Positions 48,658-64,000 of a stretch of DNA of 64,000 nt are shown piece by piece (the first letter of the stretch is position 1; each line of letters begins with the position of its first letter). The DNA is from Blastocystis sp. Blastoise (taxonomy: Eukaryota; Protista; Bigyra: Opalinata). Position numbers and translations under genes: made by a program. Under the pieces are notes generated by a model. It made no database searches, was not told the DNA's origin, and was given only the letters and a program-made list of their open reading frames with translations. The stretch covers positions 558,001-622,000 of the forward strand of contig JBBPEB010000015.1 of the NCBI GenBank assembly GCA_039096225.1. Reading direction: 5' to 3'.

Positions 48658-48976
48658 TAGTATATTTTTCTCTATTAATATATCACTACAGACAGTTTTT
48701 AACCTTTTGACAAATATGATTGGCTATCTATGATTATTAGTCCAATCAATTTGTTCAAAATGGCAAAACTGTCCGTAGTGTATATGTATTATATATCATA
48801 ATATAATAAAATATTTTTTAAACAAACCTATTTTTTATATTGAATTTTGTTTTTTATTAACCAACACATAAGAAAAATATTTACGAAAATAAATCAATAT
48901 AAAAATAATTAAATCAATTACAAAAAATAATTAAATAAAGAATAATATACAATAATTATATAATTAAACATAAAAA

Positions 48977-49572
48977 TTAGATTGGTTTATAATGAATAAC
49001 AGCATTTTCAGGAATTTTATAATCATAAAAACAAATTTGAGGTTCTAATTTAATATCTCTATAATATAAATCAAAAATATTAATTAATTCACTTTCCCAT
49101 TTCCAAGACTATATAATATATACATATTAATTTTAAAAATGAATTTTCAAAAAATTAAAAAAATATATATATATACTTGTACTAATTTTGACTTGAGATG
49201 ATTCACATTTTGGAATTTTCGAATTGTAGCCATTCCAGACATAATTCCATCTGTTTCAATATAAACCTTAGTAACAGTATTATCAAAAATTCTAAGAACA
49301 AATTTATTATCATCAAAAATGCTTGATATAGGGAGGGCTTTTACGTCTTCCAAATCATAGTTCATAGCTCGTGACAAGGCCTGTCTATCGGAGGATGACA
49401 TGTTATCACATCGAGGTAAAGATCCTGGAAGAATATATGCAATCACTCTAATATCGTTTGTTTTACGACAGTCACAAACTGCTTGATAAAGATTTCTTGC
49501 TATTGTTTCGTTAGTATAATTGAAATATGAGATGAAGTTCATATCTTCATCAAAAATAGCTGTTTGTAACAT
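48977..49572 (-). CDS. Small protein with C-terminal ubiquitin-like domain
   Basis: VYIETDG...VNHLKSKL...LYYRDIKLEPQICFYDYKIPENAVIH fits a beta-grasp pattern; two exons. Confidence 0.5.
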
Positions 49573-50600
49573 ACTTACTTGGATTTCTTTATAAAAATAA
49601 AATATACAAACTTTCTAAAGTTATTTCGTGAGTTTTTCTAGTTATTTTGTTATTCGGTTCAAAAAAACTCTAACTAGTAAAATGAAGCTAGTGTTTAATC
49701 AATTTTACTATATATTCTTTGTTCAGTGTTCTTTGTTTGTAGAAGATGCAGCGCTTTATTTTTATTTATGAAAATGAAGAGAATTGGACGACAGAATTAT
49801 CAAGAATGACAAGAATATGTTTTTTTAACTAACTCGAAGCGCTATACTCATAATTCTCATCGTATTCTATTACATAGAAAAGTGAATACTATTAATGATT
49901 ATTTGATGAACATGAAATGTGATTTATTATATTCATATTATTTTCAAACTGGTTATCTTCTACATTGACTAGTTTATTCATCTATATAAAATCAGAAAAG
50001 GCCTTCTATTTTTTAAAATATTATGAATTTCTTGTTCCAAACTATTCAAGGAATCATCATTCTATTGTGCATAGTGTTTATTCATGTAAATAATAAAAAC
50101 TAGTCCTAAATACATCTAAAGAAAAACAAGGAATGAATTAATCTTCTTCAAAAACAGTGTCTATTATAATAATAAAATGTAATATCTAATCTATAAAAAG
50201 AAACCATAAATATTCTCATTCAATAATAATTTTTTCATCAAGATTGGACGATAATTCACAAGAATATTTGTATATTGATTGATTTATTTTTATAATCAAC
50301 TAGTGACTCTGTCTTAGATAATATCTATAGAGGCAGATTCATTTAAAAAATAACAACAAAACATTTAATAGGACATTTAGTCATTTTTTGGTCAATAGTA
50401 GTTTTTAGATCTCATACGAAGTATCGTATATAATAATCTGGCAATACAACGTATAATCTAATTCTAATAATGAAGTTTTACCTAAAAAAGAACTAACACG
50501 TGCGTATCTTTCAAAAAACCCAATAGTAACAAAAGTCTTCTTTTTGTTTTAAATAATAATTACTCTTTATATATCAATTTTTAAATACTATTCAAAGAAT

Positions 50601-51445
50601 ATGTTAAAGGCTATTAATCGAATGACTCAAAAGGAAAAGGAACGATGCATAATCAACTTAGGTGTGTTACCTGAAAATGATTCTTCAATTGATGTATTTT
50701 TTTAGATCTTTTATTATTATTTGAATAATATAAATGTTTTAGGATACTATTACAATAACGGATAAGATGAATATTTATTTTTCAAGAAAAGGAGACGCTG
50801 TAACCACTCAATCATATTATTTGTTTTTCTAATAAAAAATAATTCATTTATATATAGTATAAGAGTTATAAGGCAAGAGATGTATGGAAAGTTATTGTCA
50901 ATGAATTCAAACCAACTAATCTTATTTTTTATTTTAAAAAGTATTTTTTTATGTATAAACAGTTAAAGCTTATAAATACTGTTATTTCTCCTTTTGCTAA
51001 TATATACTTATATATATGATAGTGGTTTACCACCATTTATGTGTAATTGTGCAAATGAAAAATCTGCCTTACTTACTGCTACTATTATTAATGGTATATG
51101 AAGTATATATATGCATTTATATTAATTTTTGTATAGATGCTTTAAGTGGTCATTTCTCATTATTAAATGATGATGAAATCACTATGTATATACAAGAATC
51201 TTTATATATTAATATATAGCTTCCATTTTATTTATTTTTTGTATTGTCATAATGTCAGCATTTACTATTATTATACTTATTATCATTATTATTATATAAT
51301 AAATATGTTAAAGGTTTAAACAAGGTCCTTGTGAGAAAGAAGGGAAACGTGTTTGGTCTCAACGTTATGCTGTTATTATGGGATATAAATTATTAATTTT
51401 TAGAAATGATTTTAATAAAATTAAATATGGTATAACAGTTGTTAC

Positions 51446-51492
<47 letters not shown>

Positions 51493-54400
51493 GATCAATA
51501 TCCGTTGAATGTTATTGATTTAATTGATGCACAAGTTTCTATTCAAAATAATAATATATTAAATATTAAAACTCATAGAACTGTATGTAATAAGACATTA
51601 AAGATCTATGAAATAACATAAATATATAATCTGCTATTTTTTTATACAAATTATCATGAATTTAATAATATATATAGTATCAATTTAAATTTGTTGATAC
51701 AGCAACAGCAACTTCTTGGTTCTCTTTATGTTCTCCTGCAAGTCTTCGTGGAATTAGGGAATATAATCGACTTTTATCTGTACATATATATATATTTAAA
51801 TATTAATCTAAATTATTAAATACAAGAGATAGAACAGTATTCTAATAAATATAATTATATTAATATAGTTTGTCGCAGAAATGAGCAAACTTACTCCTGA
51901 TGCACCCAGTGGAGCCAGTTCACTTCCTAGAATAAGTACTACACCCTCTTTTAAAGAAGTATATTATTGGATACATCTATTATGGATTATAATATATATA
52001 ATATAATATATATATTTTTATTATGTGATCTTCCAAATGTAATTATTACTACTATTATATATAGAAGTTTGTATATATATGGGGAATGAAACCAGGTGCT
52101 TCTGAAGAAGAATCCATTTTATCTCCAACAAAAGTAGAAGTATATATATCTTCTCTTTATTATATCTTCTAAATCTTTATCATAAAAATAACTAATTATA
52201 TTATATATATTTATAGTCACTTTCAACTCCTTTTTTCGATCCAGTATATATCTCTGCAGGACATAGTCATGTTGCTGTGATTGACAATCGTGGTGATGTA
52301 TATACTTTTGGAGATAATAGTGGTAATCAACTTGGATATACAACTACAAGACAACCTATGGATAGACCTCAATGTGTATATATCTATATACTTATTGAAA
52401 TGAAATATATTCTTTATTAACATAAATATATCATGTTTTCTTTTTGTATCTATAATGATAATTGTTCAAATATTTATTATTATTATGAATAATATGAATA
52501 TTATTATTATGAATAATGTGAATACTATTATTATATATCTAGTTGATCTCTCTTCGTTCTTCACCTATAAAATATATTAGTTGTGGAGGAATGAATACCT
52601 ATGCTATTTCTCAACAAGGAAGAGTATATGTATGGGGAACAGGAGAACAAGGTCAAAATGGATTGGGTGACAACTGTTTAGTTCAAAAGGAACCTGCTGA
52701 AATTGATACATTAAGAAATAAAAATATTATCTCCGTATTTAAATAAATATAGGAATATTTATTTATATTTATTCTCATCTATATTATTATTTATATTCTC
52801 TACATATCTATAATAATCGAATTAATATTTTTTTAATTAACATTTTCTTATTCTTATCTTAATACAATAATTATAATATAATTATATAGGTGAGTGCTGG
52901 TACATATCATACTGTATTTTTAGATAGTTATGGACTTTGCTATGTTACAGGAAATGGATATTATGGCCAACTAGGTCTCTCAAATAATGTAGATAAAGTA
53001 TATAAATATATATATATATATATTCATCTTGTTGAAATAGAGATATTGAATAAATTTTTCTCTTTTTGTCATGATAATATAGCACATTATGTATATATAT
53101 AGTATATTCCTGTTCCATTAAGTCTTCCATTTCCTGTATCGAAGATCTCTGCTGGAGGTACTTTCAGTCTCTTTCAGACAGCTTCAGGTTATCTATATGT
53201 TTGTGGCTATATTGGAATTCAAGAGGAAGAATTTGAGAAGAGTAAAAATATATACAATACTCCTATTCTATTCCAATTTCCTGGTGAAAAAGTAGTTTCT
53301 ATTGCTGCAGGTTATGAATACGCTTTAGTATGTTTTCATGTTTATAGAAAACAATTTTAATATTATAATTATGAATATTCTATAGGTTCTAACTGTCCCT
53401 CAGTCTACAGGAGATTATACTGATTCTAGTATATATGTTAAATACATATTGTTTATCATTTGTAAATTATATATAGAGGTTTATAGTTGGGGTACAGGAA
53501 TATGTAGAGGAAGAGGAGAAGAAGAACAATTTACAAAAGTATATTATTTGAAATGTGATATTTATATATGTTTTCTGTTTATAAATATATATTTATATTT
53601 ATATTTATATTTATATGTGTTTTCTGTTTATATATATATAACATAATATATAATAATTTCATTAAACAATTCATAGTATTATTTAGTTATTAATTATCTT
53701 AATATATAGATACCTATTCCAATTCCATCATTATCTGGAAAGTCTATAACCACTATTTCTGCTTCTCTACATCATTGTTTTGCATTCTCTTCTATTACAA
53801 ATACTCTATACGCCTGGGGTGAATGTTCTCATGGAGAATTAGGTGTTCAAGCTGCTATTAACTGTACCATCCCAACTGAAGTTTATTTAAATAAAGAAGA
53901 ATCATTAGCACTTGTATATATATACTCATTGATTTCACTAATTCTTTTTTTTACTTATCTATGAAATATATATATATATATATATATATATACTCATTAA
54001 TTTCACTAATTCTGTTTTTTTACTTATCCATGAAATCTATATATATATAACATTTTCCATTTTAGATTGCATGTGGTTCTACATTTACATTTGGTCTAAC
54101 TTGTCCTAAACAAACAGTGAATCCTCCTTCTATTTCTTCTCCTTCAACTTCTGTTTCTCCTTCAGCCTCTATATCATCACCAACATCAACTGCATCTCAT
54201 CGACCAACATCTTCTTTCCGTCCTCCAACGTTATCTAGTAAACTTAACTGTATATTATTATTATAAAAATTATTTTTTTTTACTATTCAAAAAACATGAG
54301 AAAAAAAGAATGTTTCACATACATTCTTAATTTTTTTAAAGATATCAATAACTATACTATTTATATTAATTATTTATATAGTGATTCCATCTCATATGAA

Positions 54401-55785
54401 GAAAGAATCATCAGAAATAATTCCTATGGCAACTACTTCTTCTCTTCCCTCCTCTATCCCATCTTCTATTACCATTCAATTTACTTCTCCACCTGTTGAA
54501 GAATCAAAAGCAATTGAAACAATTCATGAAGAACCTATAACTCAAGAAGAAGTTATCATTGAGAAAGAACCATTAACTCAAAAAGAATCAAGTCCAATGA
54601 ATATATCGATGTCTTCAGAGCAATCAACAGTAATATCATCTAATACTCCTGTTCTTTTACATCAATCATTCCGACTTCCTCAGCAATGTGTTACTCCTTC
54701 ATCTACTACTTTATCTACAAGATCAATTTCTGAAAATAGTGATCATTCAATTAATACTCTTTCTCAACATAATTCTCCTCCTCTTTCTCCTCTAACAAAT
54801 CCTATTTCCTCTCTTCCTGTTAATCCATTATTTGCTGAAATCAATGCTAGACGTATGCCATCACTTCGACAAACTTCAATTTCTAAAGAATCAACCATAA
54901 ATCAATCTCAAGATAATAGTGATAGCTATACTGATGGTGGAAGTGGAAGTGAAAGTGAAAATGATAATACTGAAAAGCCAACTTCTTCTCTTTCTCATCA
55001 ACTTTCTTTATCTTCAAATATTTTTGCTCAAGAATCAACTCAAGAAATATCATCTATATCTTATAAGAATACCAATTCTCTTGAAGAATTTCCTTATTCT
55101 CGTGGTTCTATACCTAGTTCATTTGCTCGTAATCCTCTTGCTGATGCTATTAAACAAGGAGCACCATTAAAGCAATTTAATCCTCTTTCTAATTCTTCTT
55201 TTATTAATCAAGATAATAATCCTATGAATACACAAACCCAACTTCAATCCTCTGAACCTTATACAAATGATGATAGTTCCTCAGGATATTCTTCTTATTC
55301 TTCTTCTGCTTCTAATTCTCCTATTCAATCACCTTATATGAACCCAATTGATCATCCATCATTTAATCCTTTATCTACTGTATCCTATTCAAACAATCAA
55401 AACAATAGTTTTGGTGATGACACTAATAATATTCCTGTATCAATAAATGATATGAGAAGTACTGTTTCAAGTGTAAAATCTCTTCAAATGTCAAATCCTG
55501 TAGCATATATCCTTTATATTCATTATGTTTTTTAGTATTATGTTTATTATATATTTAATATTAGCAGTAAATAAAATAAATATTTCTTTAATAGATATAC
55601 CTTTAGTCGCATCTGCATTTGCCAATAGAGCTAATAAAAATAATCAAGATAGTATATCTATATATACATCTAATAAATATTACTTATGAATACATATACT
55701 ATTATATTTATGTATAGATGATTCCTACCCTCCTATTCCTCCTCAAAGAAATCTTAATAATACGTTTGATGATAACGATTTCTAA
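50601..55785 (+). CDS. PH-domain plus RCC1-repeat protein with Ser/Pro-rich tail and two WH2-like motifs
   Basis: FKQGPCEKEGKRVWSQRY...W (PH); AGHSH..GDVYTFGDNSGNQLG, GRVYVWGTGEQGQNGLG and AGTYHT (RCC1); one AT-AC intron. Confidence 0.82.
55507..55600 (+). other. U12-type AT-AC intron
   Basis: 5' ATATCCTTT, branch-like TTCTTTAAT, 3' ATAC; joins NPVA|SLVASAF and preserves phase to the last exon. Confidence 0.82.
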
Positions 55786-56084
55786 TTCTATTATTTATAC
55801 TCATGTTGTACTTATTCTATTTACTTTATAAATTATTTATATTTTTTTTTAAATTTTATTGTAATCCTTATATAATTCTTATGTTTTTTTTTACAAAATA
55901 TAAATTTTGCATATCTAATAAATTATGTATAATAATCAATTGTCATTCAATGTTGATGAATTTATATATAATAAAGCTGTAATAAAAAACATCGAAAAAG
56001 AAAAACAAAAGACTCTAGTGATAATAAATAGTAAAGATGATACAATATGTTAAAAAGAAATATATAATTATAATATTATATTTA

Positions 56085-57840
56085 TTATTGTTGTTGATTA
56101 TTTTCGGCTTCATCTTCATCCATCATCCAATTACCACTAGAACCTCTATTGTTGAAATCACGTTTATTCTTTACATCAGGGAATATCTCTATATATATAT
56201 AGAATAAATATAGATTATATATAGAATAAATATAGATTATATATAGAATAAACATATACCATCTAAATCACATGTTTTAATAGGTCCAAAAATACTATAA
56301 GGATCAATACCCTATATATATATATATTTGAGATAATAATAAATTATAATAATAAAAAAAATAATAAAATAAGTATAATAATAATAAAATAAGTATAATA
56401 ATAATAAATTATAATTAAAAATAAATTAATGATAATAAGTATAATAATAACAATATACACTACAAGTACGTCCATCTCCGAATTGTCTCTTTAAAAAAAG
56501 ATCTAAATAAGGTTTTTCAATCCATAGAGGTGTTTTACTATCAGCGGGAGGTGGTGGTACTTGAGGTGAAGGAGGAGCTTGAGAAATAGGAACAGGAGGA
56601 GGCAATTTAAGAGATGGAGGGAATCTAGAATTAGTGAAAGAAGGTACTTTTGGAGGAGTAAATAGAGAAGAAGGTCCTATTTTAGATATATGTTGAGGAC
56701 TTGTAGGTGTAGTATGAGTAGGAGTATTATTAGTAGTACTATTATTAATAGGAGTAGTAGCAGTAGTATGACTAAGAATAGTATTAGCAGTAGTAGTAGT
56801 AACAGGAGGAGGAAGAGGACGAGTAGGAGACATCATAATAGAAGGTTGTATACCTGTAAATACAGGAGATGAAACAGAAGAAGGTATAGGCAGAGTAGTT
56901 CCACTAACAGACTATATATATATATATAATTATATTATTTAGAAATTCTTTAAAAAGTTATATTAGCAAATTAATAATAAATCATAACTAAATTCTAAAA
57001 AAAATATAATATACAAAACAAAAAAATATTAAAAAAATGAAAAAAATATATATAATATAATATATATACAGAAGGTGATATTTTTTTCTGTTGTAAATCT
57101 TGTTCTTGTTTCATTCTTATTAATTTTTGTCGTTCTATCAATTCTTGTTTTTCGGCAACTTTTCTCTTTTCTTCTTCTTCTTTCAATTTTCTTATACGTT
57201 CAATTTCAATTCGTTTCTTTTCTTCTTCTTCCTTTAATTTTTGAATTCGTTCTTCTTCTTCTTTTTTTAATTGTGCAATTCTTCTTTCTTCTTCTTGTCT
57301 TCTTTCTTTCTCTTGTCTTTCTTGTAATAATCTTAATTTCTCTTCTTCTTGTTTAATAATAAACAAACGTTGTTCTTCTTCTTTCTTCTTTCTTTCTATT
57401 TCTATCTCTTCTAAACGACGTCTTTCATCATCTTCTTCCTTCTTCTTCTTCTCTTCCATTAATCGACGTAATTGCTCTTTCTCTTCCTTCTCTTTTTCTA
57501 ATATTCTTCTTTTCTCTTCTTCAAGAGCTTTCTGTTTATCTTCTTCTAAAGATTCCGGTTTTATTACTATATGTGCACCATCACTAGATGGATTCACATA
57601 AGTCTATATATATATAATTATATTTATTATTATATTAATTATATTATAATATATAAAAATTTAAAATATTATAATAATAATATATATCTATATATATATA
57701 TACTCCTGTAACAGCTTGATAAGCACGTTCAATTAATTCAACACGTTTACCACGACTAGGACAGTTATAACGCTTTAAAACGGAAACTAACTCCCATACT
57801 TTCATAGAATTTAACACTTTCTTTACATGATCTTCTTCTC

Positions 57841-57876
<36 letters not shown>

Positions 57877-58371
57877 AACTTATATAATTTATTATAAACC
57901 AAAAAAAAAAATATTCAATTCATAATATTTATATATATATATACTCTGAATTTGTGGGTTTCTTATAAAGAATATCATTTGCATTTGAAGGATCGTTCAT
58001 AGAAGAATCAGCTTCCTTTTCAGGCGTTTCCACAACTTCTATTTCTTCCTTTGTGTCAGAAATAGTCTAAATATATTCATCATATATTAAAAACTGATAA
58101 AAATAAAAATAAAATTTGGAAAGAAGTAAATACGCTTGGTTGTTCCTATAAAGAAAATATTGTGATAATTAAATAAATATAAAACAAAAAATACTTCTCG
58201 GATGATATTAAGCTGGTCATCTAATTTAAACACCTTTTCTTCTTGAATACAAGCTTTAAGCCATGTATCAAATGCATAATACGTATTGTCAACCTGAGTA
58301 CGGATTTCAGCATGTTTCGATTCAATTAAATTGATCATTTCTTCTACAGCAGTGCAGACTATATCCGGCAT
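56085..58371 (-). CDS. INCENP: INCENP-like chromosomal passenger protein with a SAP-like motif
   Basis: N-terminal helix, long E/K/R single-alpha-helix region and C-terminal IN-box TPLW...LKRQ...DPYSIFG..CDLDEIF...FNNRGSSGNW. Confidence 0.78.
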
Positions 58372-59060
58372 TTTTATTTTTGCTAATTATAGATTTATAA
58401 AAACAAATAATATAGTATTCATTCAAAAAAAAATTGAAGACATCGTAAACATTATTCGAAGGGTAAATTTTAATAATAATATTCTTAAAAAAGAAATATT
58501 CATGTTTGTTTTCAATTAAATAAAGTGATTTGGAAATTTCTCACGGGAAATAAAAATGTAGAAATTCAAATAAGAAAATCAAACATGTCAACAAGTTATT
58601 TGTCAATATCTATCTTTTAAATTCTTATTAAGTAATTAGAACTATTTCCTTTTTACATATTTACCATGTAGATAGTATGTTTTTTATTCTTGAAAAATAT
58701 TATGCTAAAGAGAATGATAATCTAGAGATAGATTTATTAAAAACAGATAGATTGTGTCTATAAATAACATTTTTTTTCATTCAAATTCTTTGGTGTTTCA
58801 ATTACTGTGTAAGAATATAATAACATATTCTAATTAATAATTTTTTTTATTTTTTGTTAAACAACAATGAGAAATAAGTAATATTAAAGTGTTCTATAGC
58901 AAACCTTTCATGTTTATTATACATGTTCTTCAATGAAAGTGATATAACAAGTATATTGAAAAATAATATTAAAAAATTATGTTTATAAAAAGAAATAGCA
59001 AAACAAGATTGAAACAGAAGAAATTTAGATAATTAAATGAATCTCTGAAACTAAAAATGA

Positions 59061-62264
<3,204 letters not shown>

Positions 62265-63154
62265 TTTTATATTTAGATTATCTTTAAAAGGATATCAACA
62301 AATATTTTTAAAAAAATATTTTTTTTTATAAATATATTTGTGTAAAAATGTTTCACTAATGAATACATTATAAATATAATATTTTTAGTTTATGATGATT
62401 TTAAAAATAGATTAGAACAAAACAGCACATACTAATACACAATAACAAACAGATAAGATTAAGTTATTTGATAAATAATTATATACAAAAGCCAAAAAAA
62501 AAAGAGGAGTAAAGAAGTGATATAAATATTCATCAAATAGCACATTTTCATAAGGAACAAAAAGTAAAATTAAATAAACAAAACAGAAAATGAAAATGAA
62601 AACACAAGATTTTAAAAAAAAAAGTAAAATTTTAAAAGATTAAAAAATCTATATATATACATATATTATATTATATATATATATAAATGTATTTGAATGA
62701 TAAAACTCATTTTACATACTCTCACAAATTATTTATATATATCAAAATATAATATAACTATGAGAAATAAGTATATTATATAACTGGCAAACTATTAAAA
62801 AAATAATAAATATACATTATATATATGCTATATAAACAAAAATATTTAAACGTAAGAATAATAAGTATATATTATATATATATTATATAAAGGAGATAAC
62901 ATTAATAGATAATGCAGCGAACGAGAATGAGAGAAAAGAAGAAATACAATAGTTCAAATAAATGTAATTTATTATCGAAAGATATGAATAAATAGATATA
63001 AATGAGTATATATATAGTTTATTATATATATATATATATATAATAAACTATATAGAGTATTCTTATAGAAAGATAAAAATAAGGAAATAAGGAATATTAA
63101 ATATATTATATTTGAATACTTTTATTCATAAAGATATATATATATAAATTCTTC

Positions 63155-64000
63155 TTAATTTGACTTCATTTCTTCTTTTGGAGGTTCACAATTGATTATA
63201 TTTTGTTTCTTTATAGTAGCAGATTCTACTTTAGGAGCAACTGAAGAATAATTAATATCTGGTTGACATAAATTATGTAATATAAATAAAGCATCATATA
63301 AACTAGGAACAAATATATTATTATAGAAATCTACAACATTTCCCACTGGAGGCTCAGGATTATTCTATATATATATATATAATTTTAATTTTAATGTTTC
63401 AAATATAAATAATAACTAATAAATAAATTAAATATTAAAAAAATAAATAAATAAATAAATAAATTAAATATTAAATAAATAAAAATAAATTAAATAAATA
63501 AATATACAGGTTCTGGACTAATATCGACTTCAAACCAGACTTTCTTAATATCACTGAAAGGAAATAATTCTTTAAATCTAGAATAAGGTTCAAGTAGATC
63601 TTTATAAACATCTAATATTTGATGAAATGTTATTTGTACCTGTTGAATCTTACAAATACCATAAAAAGCACATATTAAATACTGATCAATACAATGAGTA
63701 TTCAAATATAAACGATATTTTCCTTGAGCTATAGAATATATATAATATATTAACTAGAATTTAAAAAAAAAATTATTTTATTGAATATATATTAAAAATA
63801 ACTATAATAAATATATATATTAAAAATAACTATAATAAATATATATATTAAAAATAACTATAATAAATATATATATTAAAAATAACTATAATAAATATAT
63901 ATATTAAAAATAACTATAATAAATATATATATTAAAAATAACTATAATAAATAAATATATATATTAAAATAACTATAAACCATAATAAATAAATTTATAA
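63155..64000 (-). CDS. Retinoblastoma-family pocket protein, 3' end (B pocket); 5' part outside window
   Basis: HCIDQYLICAFYGICKIQQVQITFHQILDVYKDL and GNVVDFYNNIFVPSL match RB B-pocket motifs (HLDQ..MC..Y.ICKV...F..I...Y; II.FYN.VF). Confidence 0.8.
63785..63978. repeat. Intronic 28-bp minisatellite
   Basis: Unit atatatattaaaaataactataataaat repeated about 7 times. Confidence 0.9.

Overview
Very AT-rich, intron-dense eukaryotic DNA. The gene content (Ig/discoidin surface protein family, short introns, AT-AC minor introns) suggests a Blastocystis-like anaerobic stramenopile; this is an inference. About 17 host genes were modelled by manual splicing: SAMHD1-like, Ig/F5-8C surface protein, DCC1, TTC1, CLASP/TOG, MFS, EGF-repeat membrane protein, MOCOS-like, KHDC4-like, SatP, a small protein with a presequence-like N-terminus, DUF3752, a UBL protein, PH-RCC1, INCENP, bromo-PHD and the 3' end of an Rb-like gene. 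The main feature is a complete 10,965-bp Mutator-like transposon (16179-27143) with 705-bp TIRs and a perfect 9-bp TSD. Its interior splices into one gene of about 1,400 aa: Zn DNA-binding domain, DDE transposase, SWIM, a ubiquitin-like domain and a Ulp1/C48 protease. One intron of that gene appears to carry a nested ~3-kb Helitron-like insertion. Four AT-AC (U12-type) introns are needed to keep host genes in frame. All gene models were read by eye and have no transcript support.
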